Assembly: GCA_963707945.1 (NCBI GenBank)
Contig: CAVPRM010000002.1
Span: forward strand, 1,768,617 to 1,832,616
DNA length: 64,000 bases
Source of the DNA: an uncultured delta proteobacterium
GTDB lineage: Bacteria > Myxococcota_A > UBA9160 > SZUA-336
Direction of reading: 5' to 3'
Part shown: positions 41,721 to 52,330 of the stretch, in pieces
How the letters are laid out: every line of letters begins with the position of its first letter
Numbering within the stretch: position 1 is the first letter of the stretch
Notes under the pieces: model-generated
What the model saw: the letters and a program-made list of their open reading frames with translations, nothing else
Told to the model about the DNA's origin: nothing
Databases searched by the model: none
Program-made: the position numbers and the translations under genes

Positions 41721-41798
41721 GGCGCGCCAAGCAAGCCCGCAAGCGAGGTCGCGGAGCGACCGCAGCGCGCAGCGAGGCGAAGCCGAGCGAAGAAGGGT

Positions 41799-41817
41799 GG
41801 CGCGGCTATGCCGCGCC
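41799..41817. repeat. Perfect GC-rich inverted repeat (8-bp stem, 3-nt loop), possible transcript-end hairpin after plsB
   Basis: GGCGCGGC-TAT-GCCGCGCC read directly from the sequence, 79 nt downstream of the plsB stop. No U-tract follows. Confidence 0.4.
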
Positions 41818-41906
41818 GGGCCCCTTAAGAAGAAGAGGCGGGAGCACCGGCGCCGGATCCCCCCCAAGTCCCGTACGCCTATGCCCCCGCCTTCCCCTGA
41901 TCGTTC

Positions 41907-41929
41907 ATTGCGGGAAAGCGATCCGCAAT
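41907..41929. repeat. Inverted repeat ATTGCGG-N9-CCGCAAT
   Basis: 7-bp perfect arms read directly from the sequence. Followed by T-rich TTCACTTCATT on the + strand. Confidence 0.35.
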
Positions 41930-41968
41930 TTCACTTCATTGATCGGCAACACGGCTCGGGACTTGAGC

Positions 41969-41992
41969 CCGGATCCCGAAGCCGGGATTCGG
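41969..41992. repeat. Inverted repeat forming a 10-bp stem (one G-T pair) with an AAGC tetraloop
   Basis: CCGGATCCCG-AAGC-CGGGATTCGG read directly from the sequence. It lies 14 nt beyond the stop of the convergent SRPBCC gene. Confidence 0.4.
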
Positions 41993-42005
41993 CGGACCGG
42001 TCGGA

Positions 42006-42431
42006 TCAGGCGCGGGAGACGCTCTGGGCGAGCGCGGCCAGCACGCCGCGGAGCTCCCGCTCGAGCACCCGGCGCAGGATCCAGCCCGTACCGGGCACCA
42101 GCGGCCGGAAACGGATGGTCCAGGTGACTCGCGTTCCGGAAGCGTCGGGGTCGAAGCGGACCTCGCCGGCGTGATCCCGGATGGGCGCGCCCGCCACGAG
42201 CCGGTAGCCCATGCGCCGGGGCGGCTCGAAGGCGGTGATCTCCTCCTCGAACGCCATGCCGCGCGCGCGGATCACCCGAATCGCGCCGAGCCCGTTCGGC
42301 GGGGGGTCGCCCTTCTGGCGCAGCACGACCTCCTTCACCCCGGCCCAGCGCTCCCAGCCCACGTGGTCGACGTAGAACGCGAACACCTTCTCCGGCGCGG
42401 CCGCGACCTGCTGCGTGAGCTCGATCTGCAT
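42006..42431 (-). CDS. SRPBCC (polyketide cyclase/START-like) family protein
   Basis: 141-aa ORF (MQIELTQQVAAAPEKVFAFYVDHVGWERWAG...). Typical SRPBCC length and N-terminal pattern. Confidence 0.8.
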   Translation of the reverse strand: MQIELTQQVAAAPEKVFAFYVDHVGWERWAGVKEVVLRQKGDPPPNGLGAIRVIRARGMAFEEEITAFEPPRRMGYRLVAGAPIRDHAGEVRFDPDASGTRVTWTIRFRPLVPGTGWILRRVLERELRGVLAALAQSVSRA

Positions 42432-42548
42432 TCGACGGCCATCTTAGCGTTCGGTATCGACACCGCGACGAACGGCGGCGACGGGCTCTCGCTCCTCGAC
42501 GCGAACCCGGTCACGAAGCCGATCCTGTTCGGTGTCGCGAGCGGCGCG

Positions 42549-42863
42549 GTGCGCCGGGTCGCGCTCGGCCTGTCGCAGGGCTCGACCGGCTTCCTCGAAG
42601 GCCTGCGCGCCGAGGACATACAGCGGCTGCCCGAGCCCGATCCGGCCTACCTGGAGAATGCGCCGGGGGTCGGCCGGCTCGACACGGCGCTCAGCGGGCT
42701 CGGCACGCTGCGGCTCCTGGTCGAGAACGCCCTGGCCGGGCCCGCGCTGTTTGCGCTGCGCGGAGCGGGCGCGCGCGGCGCCGCGGACACCGTCGCCAAC
42801 TGGACCCGCGCCGAACGGATCCGCGTGCTCGGGCCGCTCGTGAACGAGCCGCCGCTCGACTGA
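42549..42863 (+). CDS. Hypothetical protein (5' end uncertain; coding-like frame is open from 42432)
   Basis: This is the frame of track ORF 42171..42863. GC3-rich, protein-like sequence (GFLEGLRAEDIQRLPEPDPAYLENAPGVGRLD...). The first canonical start after the SRPBCC gene is GTG 42549. Confidence 0.3.
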   Translation: MRRVALGLSQGSTGFLEGLRAEDIQRLPEPDPAYLENAPGVGRLDTALSGLGTLRLLVENALAGPALFALRGAGARGAADTVANWTRAERIRVLGPLVNEPPLD

Positions 42864-42886
42864 GGCCGGCTGGGCTACCCTGCGCC

Positions 42887-43696
42887 ATGGCCTCGAATCC
42901 CGGCAGCGCCTCGGTCGACGTCCTCGCGCTGCGCGCCGGCGCGCGTGAGCCGCGCCGCGACGAGGTCGTGGTGGAGGAGCCGCTCGAGATCCGGCTCGAC
43001 GGCGCGGCGCTCGCCGTCACCATGCGCACCCCGGGACACGACGTGGAGCTCGCCGCAGGCTTCCTGGTGACCGAAGGCATCGCGCGCGACTTCGCCGCGA
43101 TCCTGTCGATCGCCCACTGCCCGGACGACCCCAACGCGGTCGAGGTGCGCTCCGAGCCGGGCGCGACCGGGGTCGTGCGCCCGGAGCCGCGCTCGTTCGC
43201 CGCTTCGTCGGCGTGCGGGCTGTGCGGGAAGACCACGCTCGAGGAGCTGCGCACGCGGGCCGCGCCGCTACACGGAGATGCGACGCGCGCGGATGCGAAG
43301 CTGCTCTGCGCCCTGCCCGCGCGGCTGCGCGAGATGCAGCCGCTGTTCCGCGCGACCGGCGCGCTGCACGCCGCCGGCCTGTTCACGACGGACGGCGAGC
43401 TCCTGTGCGCGCGCGAGGACGTCGGCCGGCACAACGCGGTCGACAAGGTCGTCGGCTGGGCCGCGCTCGACGGCCGGCTGCCGCTGTCCGGGACGATCCT
43501 GCTCGCGAGCGGACGCGCCGGCTTCGAGATCGCACAGAAGGCGCTGGTCGCGGGCATTCCGATCCTCGCCTCGATCTCGGGGCCGTCGAGCCTCGCGGTC
43601 GAGCTCGCGCGCGAGAACGGGCTGGCGCTGTGCGCGTTCCTGCGCGGCGACACCTTCACGGTCTACGCAGGCTCCGAGCGGATCAGGTTCCCGTGA
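42887..43696 (+). CDS. fdhD: Formate dehydrogenase accessory sulfurtransferase
   Basis: 269-aa ORF. EEPLEIRLDG, TMRTPGHDVELAAGFLVTEGI, SSACGLCGK and EDVGRHNAVDK are FdhD hallmarks. Confidence 0.9.
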   Translation: MASNPGSASVDVLALRAGAREPRRDEVVVEEPLEIRLDGAALAVTMRTPGHDVELAAGFLVTEGIARDFAAILSIAHCPDDPNAVEVRSEPGATGVVRPEPRSFAASSACGLCGKTTLEELRTRAAPLHGDATRADAKLLCALPARLREMQPLFRATGALHAAGLFTTDGELLCAREDVGRHNAVDKVVGWAALDGRLPLSGTILLASGRAGFEIAQKALVAGIPILASISGPSSLAVELARENGLALCAFLRGDTFTVYAGSERIRFP

Positions 43697-44510
43697 GCCG
43701 CTCCTCGCGCAGCTCGCGGGCGAGCTCGCGCAGTCCGCGGGGCGCTTCGGCGCGCAGGTCGGCGCGCTTGTAGTAGCGGTCCGCATCGGCCCACAGGAGC
43801 CGCTCACGGTGCGGCGGGTGGAACAGGTGGACGACTCGCGCACGGTGCCACAGCGAGATCGGCCGCACTCGCGCCAGGAGCAGGCGATTGCGCAGGTCCG
43901 AGTCGTCGCGCGCACTGTTGCGGTAGGTCTGGTCGAAGCCGTTCACCCGCTCGAAGCTCGCGCGGTCGAGCGAGAAGTTGAGCCCGTACAGGCGCGGGCG
44001 GTGGCGGCGGCGCAGAGCGATCCCCAGCTGGCTCTTCGCGTGCATCCACCAGAGCTCGAACCGCTCGCGCCGCGGGATCTCGCGCTCGAGCGCGCCCTCG
44101 AGCACGCGCTCCGCAGTCACGCGCGCGGTGTCCGCCTCCGAGAGGCGCACGTGGCCGCCGACGATGAAGGCGTTCGGGCGCGCCGCGCCCAGGTGTTCCG
44201 CGACCAGACTTCGGGCGGGCACGCAGTCGCCGTCGGAGAAGATCAGGTGCGCGCCGCGGCTGTGCAGCACCGCGCGGTTCAGCGCACGCGACTTCCAGAA
44301 GCCGTCGTGCGGCTGCCAGACGTGGGTGATCGGGACGGGCGAGCGACGCGCGTGCGCTGCGATGACCTCGCGCGTCTCCTCGCGCGAGCCGTCGTCCGCG
44401 ATCACGATCTCGAAGTCGCGCGCGCTCTGGTTCGCGTAGCCCGTGAGCGCCAGGTCGAGCAGCCGCGGCTGCTCGTAGGTCGCCAGGATCACGCTCGCGC
44501 GTACGGACAC
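43683..44510 (-). CDS. Glycosyltransferase family 2
   Basis: 275-aa ORF (GTG start). ASVILATYEQPRLLDLAL...FEIVIADDGS...SDGDCV are GT2 DxD-type motifs. Convergent 14-nt overlap with fdhD. Confidence 0.85.
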   Translation of the reverse strand: MSVRASVILATYEQPRLLDLALTGYANQSARDFEIVIADDGSREETREVIAAHARRSPVPITHVWQPHDGFWKSRALNRAVLHSRGAHLIFSDGDCVPARSLVAEHLGAARPNAFIVGGHVRLSEADTARVTAERVLEGALEREIPRRERFELWWMHAKSQLGIALRRRHRPRLYGLNFSLDRASFERVNGFDQTYRNSARDDSDLRNRLLLARVRPISLWHRARVVHLFHPPHRERLLWADADRYYKRADLRAEAPRGLRELARELREERLTGT

Positions 44511-44526
44511 CGCGGGGACTATACGC

Positions 44527-45288
44527 CTAGCGGTGTGCGAACAGCATGCCGTTCGCGTTGCGCCCGTCCCAGGCCTGCGACACGCGGAAGCCGCGCTCGG
44601 ACAGGAGCTTGGCGAGCTCCTCGTGCGCGACCGGCGACATCGTGTCGTGGAACTCGAGTGCGATGGCGCGGATGCCGCGGAACAGCGCGTCGGGCAGGCT
44701 CGGCAGGATCAGGCCCTCTGCGCCCTCGCAGTCGAGCTTGAGGAAGTCGACCTGCGCGAACCCGCGCTCGGCCAGGAGCTGCGGCAGCGGGACGATCTTC
44801 ACGTCGATCGTCGCGCCGCCCTCGCCCTCGCGGGGACCGCCGACGATCCGGTGGGTGGTGCCGCTGCGGCCGAGAAAGAGCGGCAAGGTGCCGGGCCGGT
44901 CGGCGACCGCGCACTCCGCGACGTCGGCGTGCTCCACGCCGTTCGCGGTCAGGTTCCGGCGCAGGAACTCGGCGTTCTCGGGATGCGGCTCGATCGCGAG
45001 CAGCCGCCCGCGCGTGCGCTGCGCCGCGTACACGGCGAACGCGCCGATGTTCGCGCCCACGTCGACCACCACGTCGCCGGGGCGGAGCTCGAGCCCAGGC
45101 GGCGTGTACACGCGCTTGTGGAAGATCGGAGTGACCACGCGCAGTACGTTCACGCCCGCCGGCGCTTCGAAGGTGGTGCCGTCCCGCAGCACGGCTCGAC
45201 CCGGCTTCCTCTTCTGCGCGCGCTCGCGCTCCAGCTCGCGCCAGTTGCGATAGTGCCGCGCGTAGCGCAGACCCCGAAGCCAGTTCAT
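44527..45288 (-). CDS. FkbM-family methyltransferase
   Basis: 253-aa ORF. VVVDVGANIGAFAVYAA and FLKLDCEGAEGLIL are motifs typical of the FkbM family. Confidence 0.85.
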   Translation of the reverse strand: MNWLRGLRYARHYRNWRELERERAQKRKPGRAVLRDGTTFEAPAGVNVLRVVTPIFHKRVYTPPGLELRPGDVVVDVGANIGAFAVYAAQRTRGRLLAIEPHPENAEFLRRNLTANGVEHADVAECAVADRPGTLPLFLGRSGTTHRIVGGPREGEGGATIDVKIVPLPQLLAERGFAQVDFLKLDCEGAEGLILPSLPDALFRGIRAIALEFHDTMSPVAHEELAKLLSERGFRVSQAWDGRNANGMLFAHR

Positions 45289-45343
45289 GTCGAACGTCTA
45301 CGCTTCGCGTATGATCGGCGCAACCCCGCCCGAGGAGAATCCC

Positions 45344-45952
45344 GTGAAGCTCTACGACAGCACGCTCGCCCCGAACCCGCGCCGCGTCCGCATCTACCTG
45401 GCCGAGAAGGGCCTGAAGGTGCCATCGGTGCAGGTCGACATCGGCAAGGCCGAGAACCGCGCGGCCGAGTACCTGAAGAAGAACCCGATGGGCGGCGTGC
45501 CGATCCTGGAGCTCGACGACGGCACCTTCCTCGCCGAGACGATCGCGATCTGCCGCTTCTTCGAGGAGCAGAACCCCAACCCGCCGCTCTTCGGCACCGA
45601 CGCTCGCGACAAGGCGCTGGTCGAGATGTGGCAGCGGCGCATGGAGCTCTACCTGTTCAACATGGCGACCGGCGCGTTCCGCAACACGCACGCGTTCTTC
45701 AAGGGCCGCATCCCGCAGGTCCCGGAGTACGGCCAGGTCTGCAAGGACGCCGCGAACAAGCACCTCGAGTGGCTCGACGGCGAGCTCGCGGGGCGCAAGT
45801 TCGTCGCCGGCGACCGCTACACCGTCGCGGACATCACCGCGCTGTGCGGGATCGACTTCGGCCGGATCAGCGACATCCGCATCCAGCCGGGCCAGAAGAA
45901 CCTGACCCGCTGGCACGAGGAAGTGTCGGCCCGGCCGTCCGCCAAGGCCTGA
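45344..45952 (+). CDS. Glutathione S-transferase
   Basis: GTG 45344 with GAGGAG 6 nt upstream. VKLYDSTLAPNPRRVRIYLAEKG...GGVPILELDDG is a thioredoxin-like GST N-domain, followed by a helical C-domain. The track ORF starts earlier, at 45287. Confidence 0.85.
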   Translation: MKLYDSTLAPNPRRVRIYLAEKGLKVPSVQVDIGKAENRAAEYLKKNPMGGVPILELDDGTFLAETIAICRFFEEQNPNPPLFGTDARDKALVEMWQRRMELYLFNMATGAFRNTHAFFKGRIPQVPEYGQVCKDAANKHLEWLDGELAGRKFVAGDRYTVADITALCGIDFGRISDIRIQPGQKNLTRWHEEVSARPSAKA

Positions 45953-45959
45953 GCCGGAT

Positions 45960-46820
45960 CTATTCGAACTTGCGTTCCGTCCACCACGGATAGAACGCCG
46001 GCATGTCCGCGCTCGGGCGCTGGCGGAAGTCGGCCTTGCGCTTGGCGAGGAACGCGCCGACGCCCTCGTGCGCGTCGGGGCTCTGGCCGAGCGCGCTGAT
46101 CGCGCGCGAGTCGAGCTTGTGCGCCTCCATCGGGTGGTCGGCGCCGAGCAGCTTCCAGATCAGCTGTCGCGACAGGGCGACCGAGATGGCCGAGGTGTTG
46201 TCGGCGATCTCGCGCGCGAGCTCGCGCGCCTTGGGCAACAGGTCCGCGGGCGCGTGGAGGCTGCGCACGAGCCCGCCCTCGAGCGCCTCCTGCGCCGGGA
46301 ACACGCGCCCCGTGTAGGCCCACTCGAGCGCGCGCGACACGCCGACCACGCGCGGCAGGAAGTACGACGAGCACGCCTCGAGGCAGATGCCGCGCCGCGC
46401 GAACACGAAGCCGAAGCGCGCGTCGGTCGAGGCGAGCCGGATGTCCATCGGCAGGGTCATCGTCACGCCGACCCCGACCGCCGGGCCGTTGATCGCCGCG
46501 ATCAGCGGCTTCTTGCAGTCGAACAGGCGCAGGGTCACGCGCCCGCCGCCGTCGCGGCGGTTCTCGATGCCGACGTCGGCCGCGCGCTCGCGCGAGTCGA
46601 ACGTCCCCGAGCCGCTGGACAGGTCCGCGCCGGCGCAGAAGGCGCGGCCCGCGCCCGTCACGATGATCGCGCGCACGTCGTCGTCGGCGTCCGCGCGGTC
46701 GATCGCGTCGAGCATCTCGAGCATCATCCGGCCGGTGAAGGCGTTCAGCTTGTCGGGGCGGTTCAGCGTGATGGTGAGCACCCGCTCCGAAACCGAGTAC
46801 AGGATCTCCTGGTAGTCCAA
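45960..46820 (-). CDS. Enoyl-CoA hydratase/isomerase (crotonase) family protein
   Basis: 286-aa ORF (TTG start). LTITLNRPDKLNAF and VTGAGRAFCAGADL are crotonase motifs. Confidence 0.9.
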   Translation of the reverse strand: MDYQEILYSVSERVLTITLNRPDKLNAFTGRMMLEMLDAIDRADADDDVRAIIVTGAGRAFCAGADLSSGSGTFDSRERAADVGIENRRDGGGRVTLRLFDCKKPLIAAINGPAVGVGVTMTLPMDIRLASTDARFGFVFARRGICLEACSSYFLPRVVGVSRALEWAYTGRVFPAQEALEGGLVRSLHAPADLLPKARELAREIADNTSAISVALSRQLIWKLLGADHPMEAHKLDSRAISALGQSPDAHEGVGAFLAKRKADFRQRPSADMPAFYPWWTERKFE

Positions 46821-46821
46821 C

Positions 46822-47903
46822 TCACTTCCCTTCCACGCGGGCGATCCGCGCGAACAACGCCTCGGTCTCGTCGATCCAGCTCTTCACGTCGAAGAGCTGC
46901 GCGATTCTCTCCCGCCCGGCCACGCCCATGCTGGCCGCGCGCGAGGGGTCGTCGAGCACGACGCGGATCGCGCGCACGAGCGCGTCGACGTCGCCGCTCT
47001 CGTACAGAAGCCCCGTCTCGCGCGGCACCACGACCTCGCGCACGCCGCCGACGTCCGCGGCGACGACCGGCAGGCCGATCGCGCCCGCCTCGCGGAGCAC
47101 CACCGGCAGCGACTCGCGCCGCGACGGCAGAACCAGCAGGACGAACGCCGACAGATAGCGCGCGACGTCGCGCGAGAAGCCCGCGAAGACCACCCGCTTC
47201 TCGAGCCCGCGCCGGCGGGTCTCGGCGCGCAGCGCGCCTTCCTCGGGGCCCTGGCCGACGATGCACAGCACCACGTCGTCGGGCAGGCGCGGCAGCGCCG
47301 CGATCGCGTCGCCCACCGCCTTCTCGGGCGAGAGCCGGCCGACGAAGCCGATCACGCGCGCGTCGGGAGGGATCCCGTGCAGCGCCTCGAGGTCGAACGG
47401 CTCGATCGCGCCGGGTCGCGGCCGCTCGACCCCGGAGTAGATCACGTGCCCGATCGCCGGCTTGCCCGAGCTCTCGGCCAGCCGCTCGCGCTCGTAGCGG
47501 GAGACGAAGATCACCTGGTCGGAGAGGTGGCGCAGGATCGGCGCTGCCCAGCGGTCGTTCCGGCGGTCGTCCACGTTGTGGATCGTGGTCACGACCGGCG
47601 CCTTCACCAGGCGCAGGCGCCGCGCCGCACCCGCGAGCGCCGTGGTGTGGATCGAGTGCGCGTTCACGAGGTCGATCGAATGCGCGCGGCAGGCGCGCGC
47701 GATGGCCGAGACGCCGGCGAGCAGCCGCACCCCGCCCGGCAGCCGCACCGTCGCGAAGCCATTCTTCTCGGCTTCGGTACGGAGCGGCTGGCCGAACGAG
47801 CCCAACACCGCCCGGTGTCCGCGCGCAGCGAGCTCGGTGGCCAGACGCAACACGTCGGCCTCCGCGCCGCCCAGGCGCGCTCCCTCCAGCAGGAACAGGA
47901 CGT

Positions 47904-47907
<4 letters not shown>
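46822..47907 (-). CDS. Glycosyltransferase family 4 (GT-B, RfaB-like); apparent CTG start
   Basis: Lower part of track ORF 46822..49008: (L)NVLFLLEGARLGGAEADVLRLATELAARGH...VGRLSPEKA...PSRRESLPVVLREAGAIGLPVVA. The expected N-terminal beta-strand begins exactly at CTG 47905-47907, overlapping the upstream stop (CTGA). Confidence 0.8.
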
Positions 47908-49130
<1,223 letters not shown>

Positions 49131-49290
49131 GGGCTTCGCTCTCCTCGCTTTAGGGCCGGGATTCTATCGCGGAGGAGGGGCGGAGCGCTGCAGGATCAGG
49201 GGTAATCGGGCCGATGGGGCTGCCGCCATGCGGTTCTTCTACTGGTTCGGCTACCAGACCCCCACTCAGCGCGACAACCAGAGGTTCTAT

Positions 49291-49707
49291 CTACTTGGAC
49301 TGGAGCTTGATCGCCGGGGACTCGGGAATTCCGGCCAGACTGTCCGACCACGGCACGGCCGAGCGACACCAGATCCTGCGCGTCGGTCGCAGCTCGTGGC
49401 GCTGCTTCAAGCAGCCGACCCGCAGCGAGTAGGTGGGCGGGTTCTCCGGCGCGGCTGCGTGGATCGGCGTGCCGCAGTCGGGACAGAATGAGTGCACGCG
49501 CTTGTTCCCGCTGTCGGCGGTCTTCACGTAGGACTTCGGCTGGCCGCTGAGCAGCCGGAACGTCGCGGCCGGTGCAGGCACCGAGACGCGATAGGCGGAC
49601 CCGGTCAGCATCTGGCAGTCGCTGCAGTGGCAGATGCCGACCGTGGCCGGGTCGATCTCGGCCTCGTAGGTGATGCGCCCGCAATGACAGCGGCCGTCGA
49701 CCTTCAC
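49291..49707 (-). CDS. GFA (glutathione-dependent formaldehyde-activating enzyme/CENP-V) family protein
   Basis: 138 aa from GTG 49705-49707 (GGGAGG upstream). The Zn-Cys pattern is CHCGRI...CHCSDCQ...CPDCG. Confidence 0.85.
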   Translation of the reverse strand: MKVDGRCHCGRITYEAEIDPATVGICHCSDCQMLTGSAYRVSVPAPAATFRLLSGQPKSYVKTADSGNKRVHSFCPDCGTPIHAAAPENPPTYSLRVGCLKQRHELRPTRRIWCRSAVPWSDSLAGIPESPAIKLQSK

Positions 49708-49709
49708 GT

Positions 49710-50687
49710 TCACTTCCTCCCCAGCAATCGGAGCGCATTCTGACCCAGCACGAGCTCGCGCTGTGCCGGCGACAGGAACGGCGCCTTCTCGATCCGCTCG
49801 ACCGCGCGCGGGTCGCCCATGTCGTACGGGTAGTCCGAGCCGATCACCACACGCTCGGCGCCGACGGCGCGGACCAGCAGATCGAGCGTGTCGGGCGAGT
49901 GGGTCAGGCTGTCGTAGTGGAGCTGGCGCAGCGCGTCGCTGGGCAGCCGCTTCAGGTGGCTCAGCTCGGGTCGCACGCGCGAGCCGTGGTCCCAGCGGCC
50001 GCACAGCGCGGGTGCGGAGCCGCCGCCGTGCGCGCACACGATCTTCAGGTCGGGGTGCGCGTCGAGGATGCCGCCGAAGATCAGGCTCGCGATCGCGACC
50101 GCGGTGTCGGTCGGGTTGCCGAGCAGGTTCGTCAGGTAGTGCGCGCGAAGGCGCTCGGCGCCGAGCACCATCAGCGGGTGCAGGAACACGAGCGCGCCGA
50201 GCGACTCCGCCGCCGCGAACAGCGGCCGCAGCGTCGGATCGTCCAGGTTCTTCCCCGCGGCGTGCGTCTCGATCTCGATCCCGTGCAGGCCGATCGCCAT
50301 GCAGCGCTCGAGCTCGCGCACGGCGGCGCCGGGATCCTGCAGCGGCACGGTGCCGATCGGTGCGAAGCGCTTGGGGTGCGCGCGGCCGATCTGCGCCAGC
50401 TCGTCGTTCACGCGCCGGTGCAGCGCGAGCACCGCATCCGCCGGCCACTGCGTATGAAACAGGATCGGCGAGGGGCTCATCACCGCCAGGTCGATCCGCT
50501 GATCGTCCATGACCGCGAGCGTGCGCGCGACGTCCCAGTGCTCGGACCCGAGGGCCATCGCGATGGCGCCGAAGCGCAGCTCCAGCTCCTCGCCCGAAGC
50601 AACGACCGTCTTTCCCCAGGGGTTCTCGCGGCGCAGCTCGTCGAGGAAGAACCTCGGCGTGTGGTGAAAGTGGAGGTCGACGTTCAT
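49710..50687 (-). CDS. Amidohydrolase-2 family metal-dependent hydrolase/decarboxylase (ACMSD-like)
   Basis: Start at internal ATG 50685-50687 (MNVDLHFHH...). HxH metal motif, CAHGGG, and GSDYPYD near the C-terminus. Confidence 0.8.
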   Translation of the reverse strand: MNVDLHFHHTPRFFLDELRRENPWGKTVVASGEELELRFGAIAMALGSEHWDVARTLAVMDDQRIDLAVMSPSPILFHTQWPADAVLALHRRVNDELAQIGRAHPKRFAPIGTVPLQDPGAAVRELERCMAIGLHGIEIETHAAGKNLDDPTLRPLFAAAESLGALVFLHPLMVLGAERLRAHYLTNLLGNPTDTAVAIASLIFGGILDAHPDLKIVCAHGGGSAPALCGRWDHGSRVRPELSHLKRLPSDALRQLHYDSLTHSPDTLDLLVRAVGAERVVIGSDYPYDMGDPRAVERIEKAPFLSPAQRELVLGQNALRLLGRK

Positions 50688-50728
50688 GACTCGAAGCGTA
50701 CAGGCAAACGCCGCCGCGCGGCGGCGGC

Positions 50729-51175
50729 GTGTATCCTCCAGCTGTGACGGTCCCACTCTGGGCGCTGCTCGGCTTCGCCGCCTGGACGGTGCTGCTCCTG
50801 CTCGGCACCGTCGGGGTCTATCGCTGGAGCCGGATTCTCACCGGCCGTGTCCCGATCCGCGAGTTCCGGGCGGATCGGATCGAGGGCGAGGACTGGTACA
50901 AGCGCGCGATGCGCGCCCACGCGAACTGCGTCGAGAACCTTCCCGTGTTCGGCGCCATCGTGCTGGTGCTGCGTGCGAGCGGAATCGACTCGCCGACTGC
51001 CAACGCCGTCTCGGTCGTGATCCTCGCCGCCCGCATCGCGCAGTCCCTGGTCCACGTGAGCTTCGTCCAGACGAATGCGGTGGTCTCCGTCCGCTTTTCG
51101 TTCTTTACCCTGCAGATCGCGGGCTTCGTGTGGCTGATCGCGATCGTCGTCGCGCACGCAGGAGGAGGTCGCTGA
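50729..51175 (+). CDS. MAPEG family membrane protein
   Basis: 148-aa ORF (GTG start) with four hydrophobic segments. RAHANCVENLPVF matches the MAPEG/MGST-like conserved loop. Confidence 0.7.
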   Translation: MYPPAVTVPLWALLGFAAWTVLLLLGTVGVYRWSRILTGRVPIREFRADRIEGEDWYKRAMRAHANCVENLPVFGAIVLVLRASGIDSPTANAVSVVILAARIAQSLVHVSFVQTNAVVSVRFSFFTLQIAGFVWLIAIVVAHAGGGR

Positions 51176-51191
51176 CCGAGTGCGGTGGCCG

Positions 51192-51578
51192 TCAGGCGCG
51201 GGTCGAGAAGCGACCCCGCCCGCGCCACAGTGCGACCGCGAGCGCCGCGAACGCGGCGAACGCCGGCAGCCCCACGCGGAGCCCCGCCCGCTCGTCGCCG
51301 ACCGCCCACACCAGCATCCCGATCGCGATCGACGCCGTGTACAAGGCCGCCCACGGGTGCATCCAGGCGCGCATCTTCCAGAAGCCCCAGGTGCCGGCGC
51401 CGTAGATCGCCCAGTGGAGCGGCTCGGTCGCCTTGGCCCACCAGCCGTGGAGCGGGACTCCCAGCCACACTTCGGTGTCGGTCTCGACCGGCTTCCAGAA
51501 CAGGTCGAAGGGCACGTACGCGAAGGTCATGTACGCGCAGAAAACGAGCAGCCCCGTCATCCACCAGGGGCGCGCCAC
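51192..51578 (-). CDS. Trp-rich small membrane protein, unknown function
   Basis: 128-aa ORF with 3-4 hydrophobic segments and realistic composition. Confidence 0.45.
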   Translation of the reverse strand: MARPWWMTGLLVFCAYMTFAYVPFDLFWKPVETDTEVWLGVPLHGWWAKATEPLHWAIYGAGTWGFWKMRAWMHPWAALYTASIAIGMLVWAVGDERAGLRVGLPAFAAFAALAVALWRGRGRFSTRA

Positions 51579-51581
51579 GGG

Positions 51582-52061
51582 CTAGAGCCGTTCGACGAGT
51601 CGGGCCGCCGCGTTCGCGATCGAGTCGGACTGGGTGGACATCTCCAGGTTGCGCAGGCGGCTGCGCAGGAGTGACTTCTGCTCGAGCGACAGGGCGTCCG
51701 CGACCCGGTCGATCTCGTCGGTCACCTGCAGGACGTCGCGCTCGGTCTGTAGATCGAGCAGACGCACCAGCAGGCCCACGTCCGACGGCATCCCGTGCGC
51801 CTTCACGTACTCGCGGAAGCTGCGCAGCAGGTTGTCGTGCCCGTCCGCCTCGCGCAGCCGCTCCTCGAGCCGGAGCCGGCCGCGATCGGCTTTCTTGCCG
51901 AACAGCCGCTCCTCGACCTTGCGCCGGTAGCGCGCGGCCTGGTGACGGGCGCGCGCCTGGCGCGCGTGCATGGCGGCGTCGCCGCCGCCGTTGGCCCCGT
52001 TCCGCTTTCCGTGGTCGCGGTGTCCGGCGCCGTTCATGGAGCCCTTGTCTTGGTCGCTCAC
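51582..52061 (-). CDS. Hypothetical cytoplasmic protein (basic N-terminus, helical C-terminal half)
   Basis: 159-aa ORF with non-junk composition (K, E, D, L, F, Y present). It lies 3 nt upstream of the next gene on the same strand. Confidence 0.45.
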   Translation of the reverse strand: MSDQDKGSMNGAGHRDHGKRNGANGGGDAAMHARQARARHQAARYRRKVEERLFGKKADRGRLRLEERLREADGHDNLLRSFREYVKAHGMPSDVGLLVRLLDLQTERDVLQVTDEIDRVADALSLEQKSLLRSRLRNLEMSTQSDSIANAAARLVERL

Positions 52062-52330
52062 TTCTTGAGTGCTCCCTCGGAGGCGGCCTGAGCGGGCCGC
52101 GGTCGCGACGCTCCGGCCGCGCTGGTTTGGCTTCGCTGGGCAGCAGCGAGGCAGCCGGTTCGGAGCTCGTCCTCCGCAACGTTCCGGGGGTGCGAGCTCC
52201 GCAGAGCGGGGCAGCGGCAGTTACCGCCGGCCCCCCTCCCCACAGGAGAAGCATGCCCTATCCGGGGCCGGCTGTCTTGGGGATTTTTCGGCTCGGCATC
52301 TGCCCGGCTGTTGCCGGTAGACTGCCCCCC

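Noticed and set aside
39195-41867. Upstream 890 codons of track ORF 37227..41867, which would make a 1546-aa kinase.
   Set aside because: This part is antisense to plsB and low complexity. The kinase has a plausible GTG start with an RBS at 39194, followed by a TM helix.
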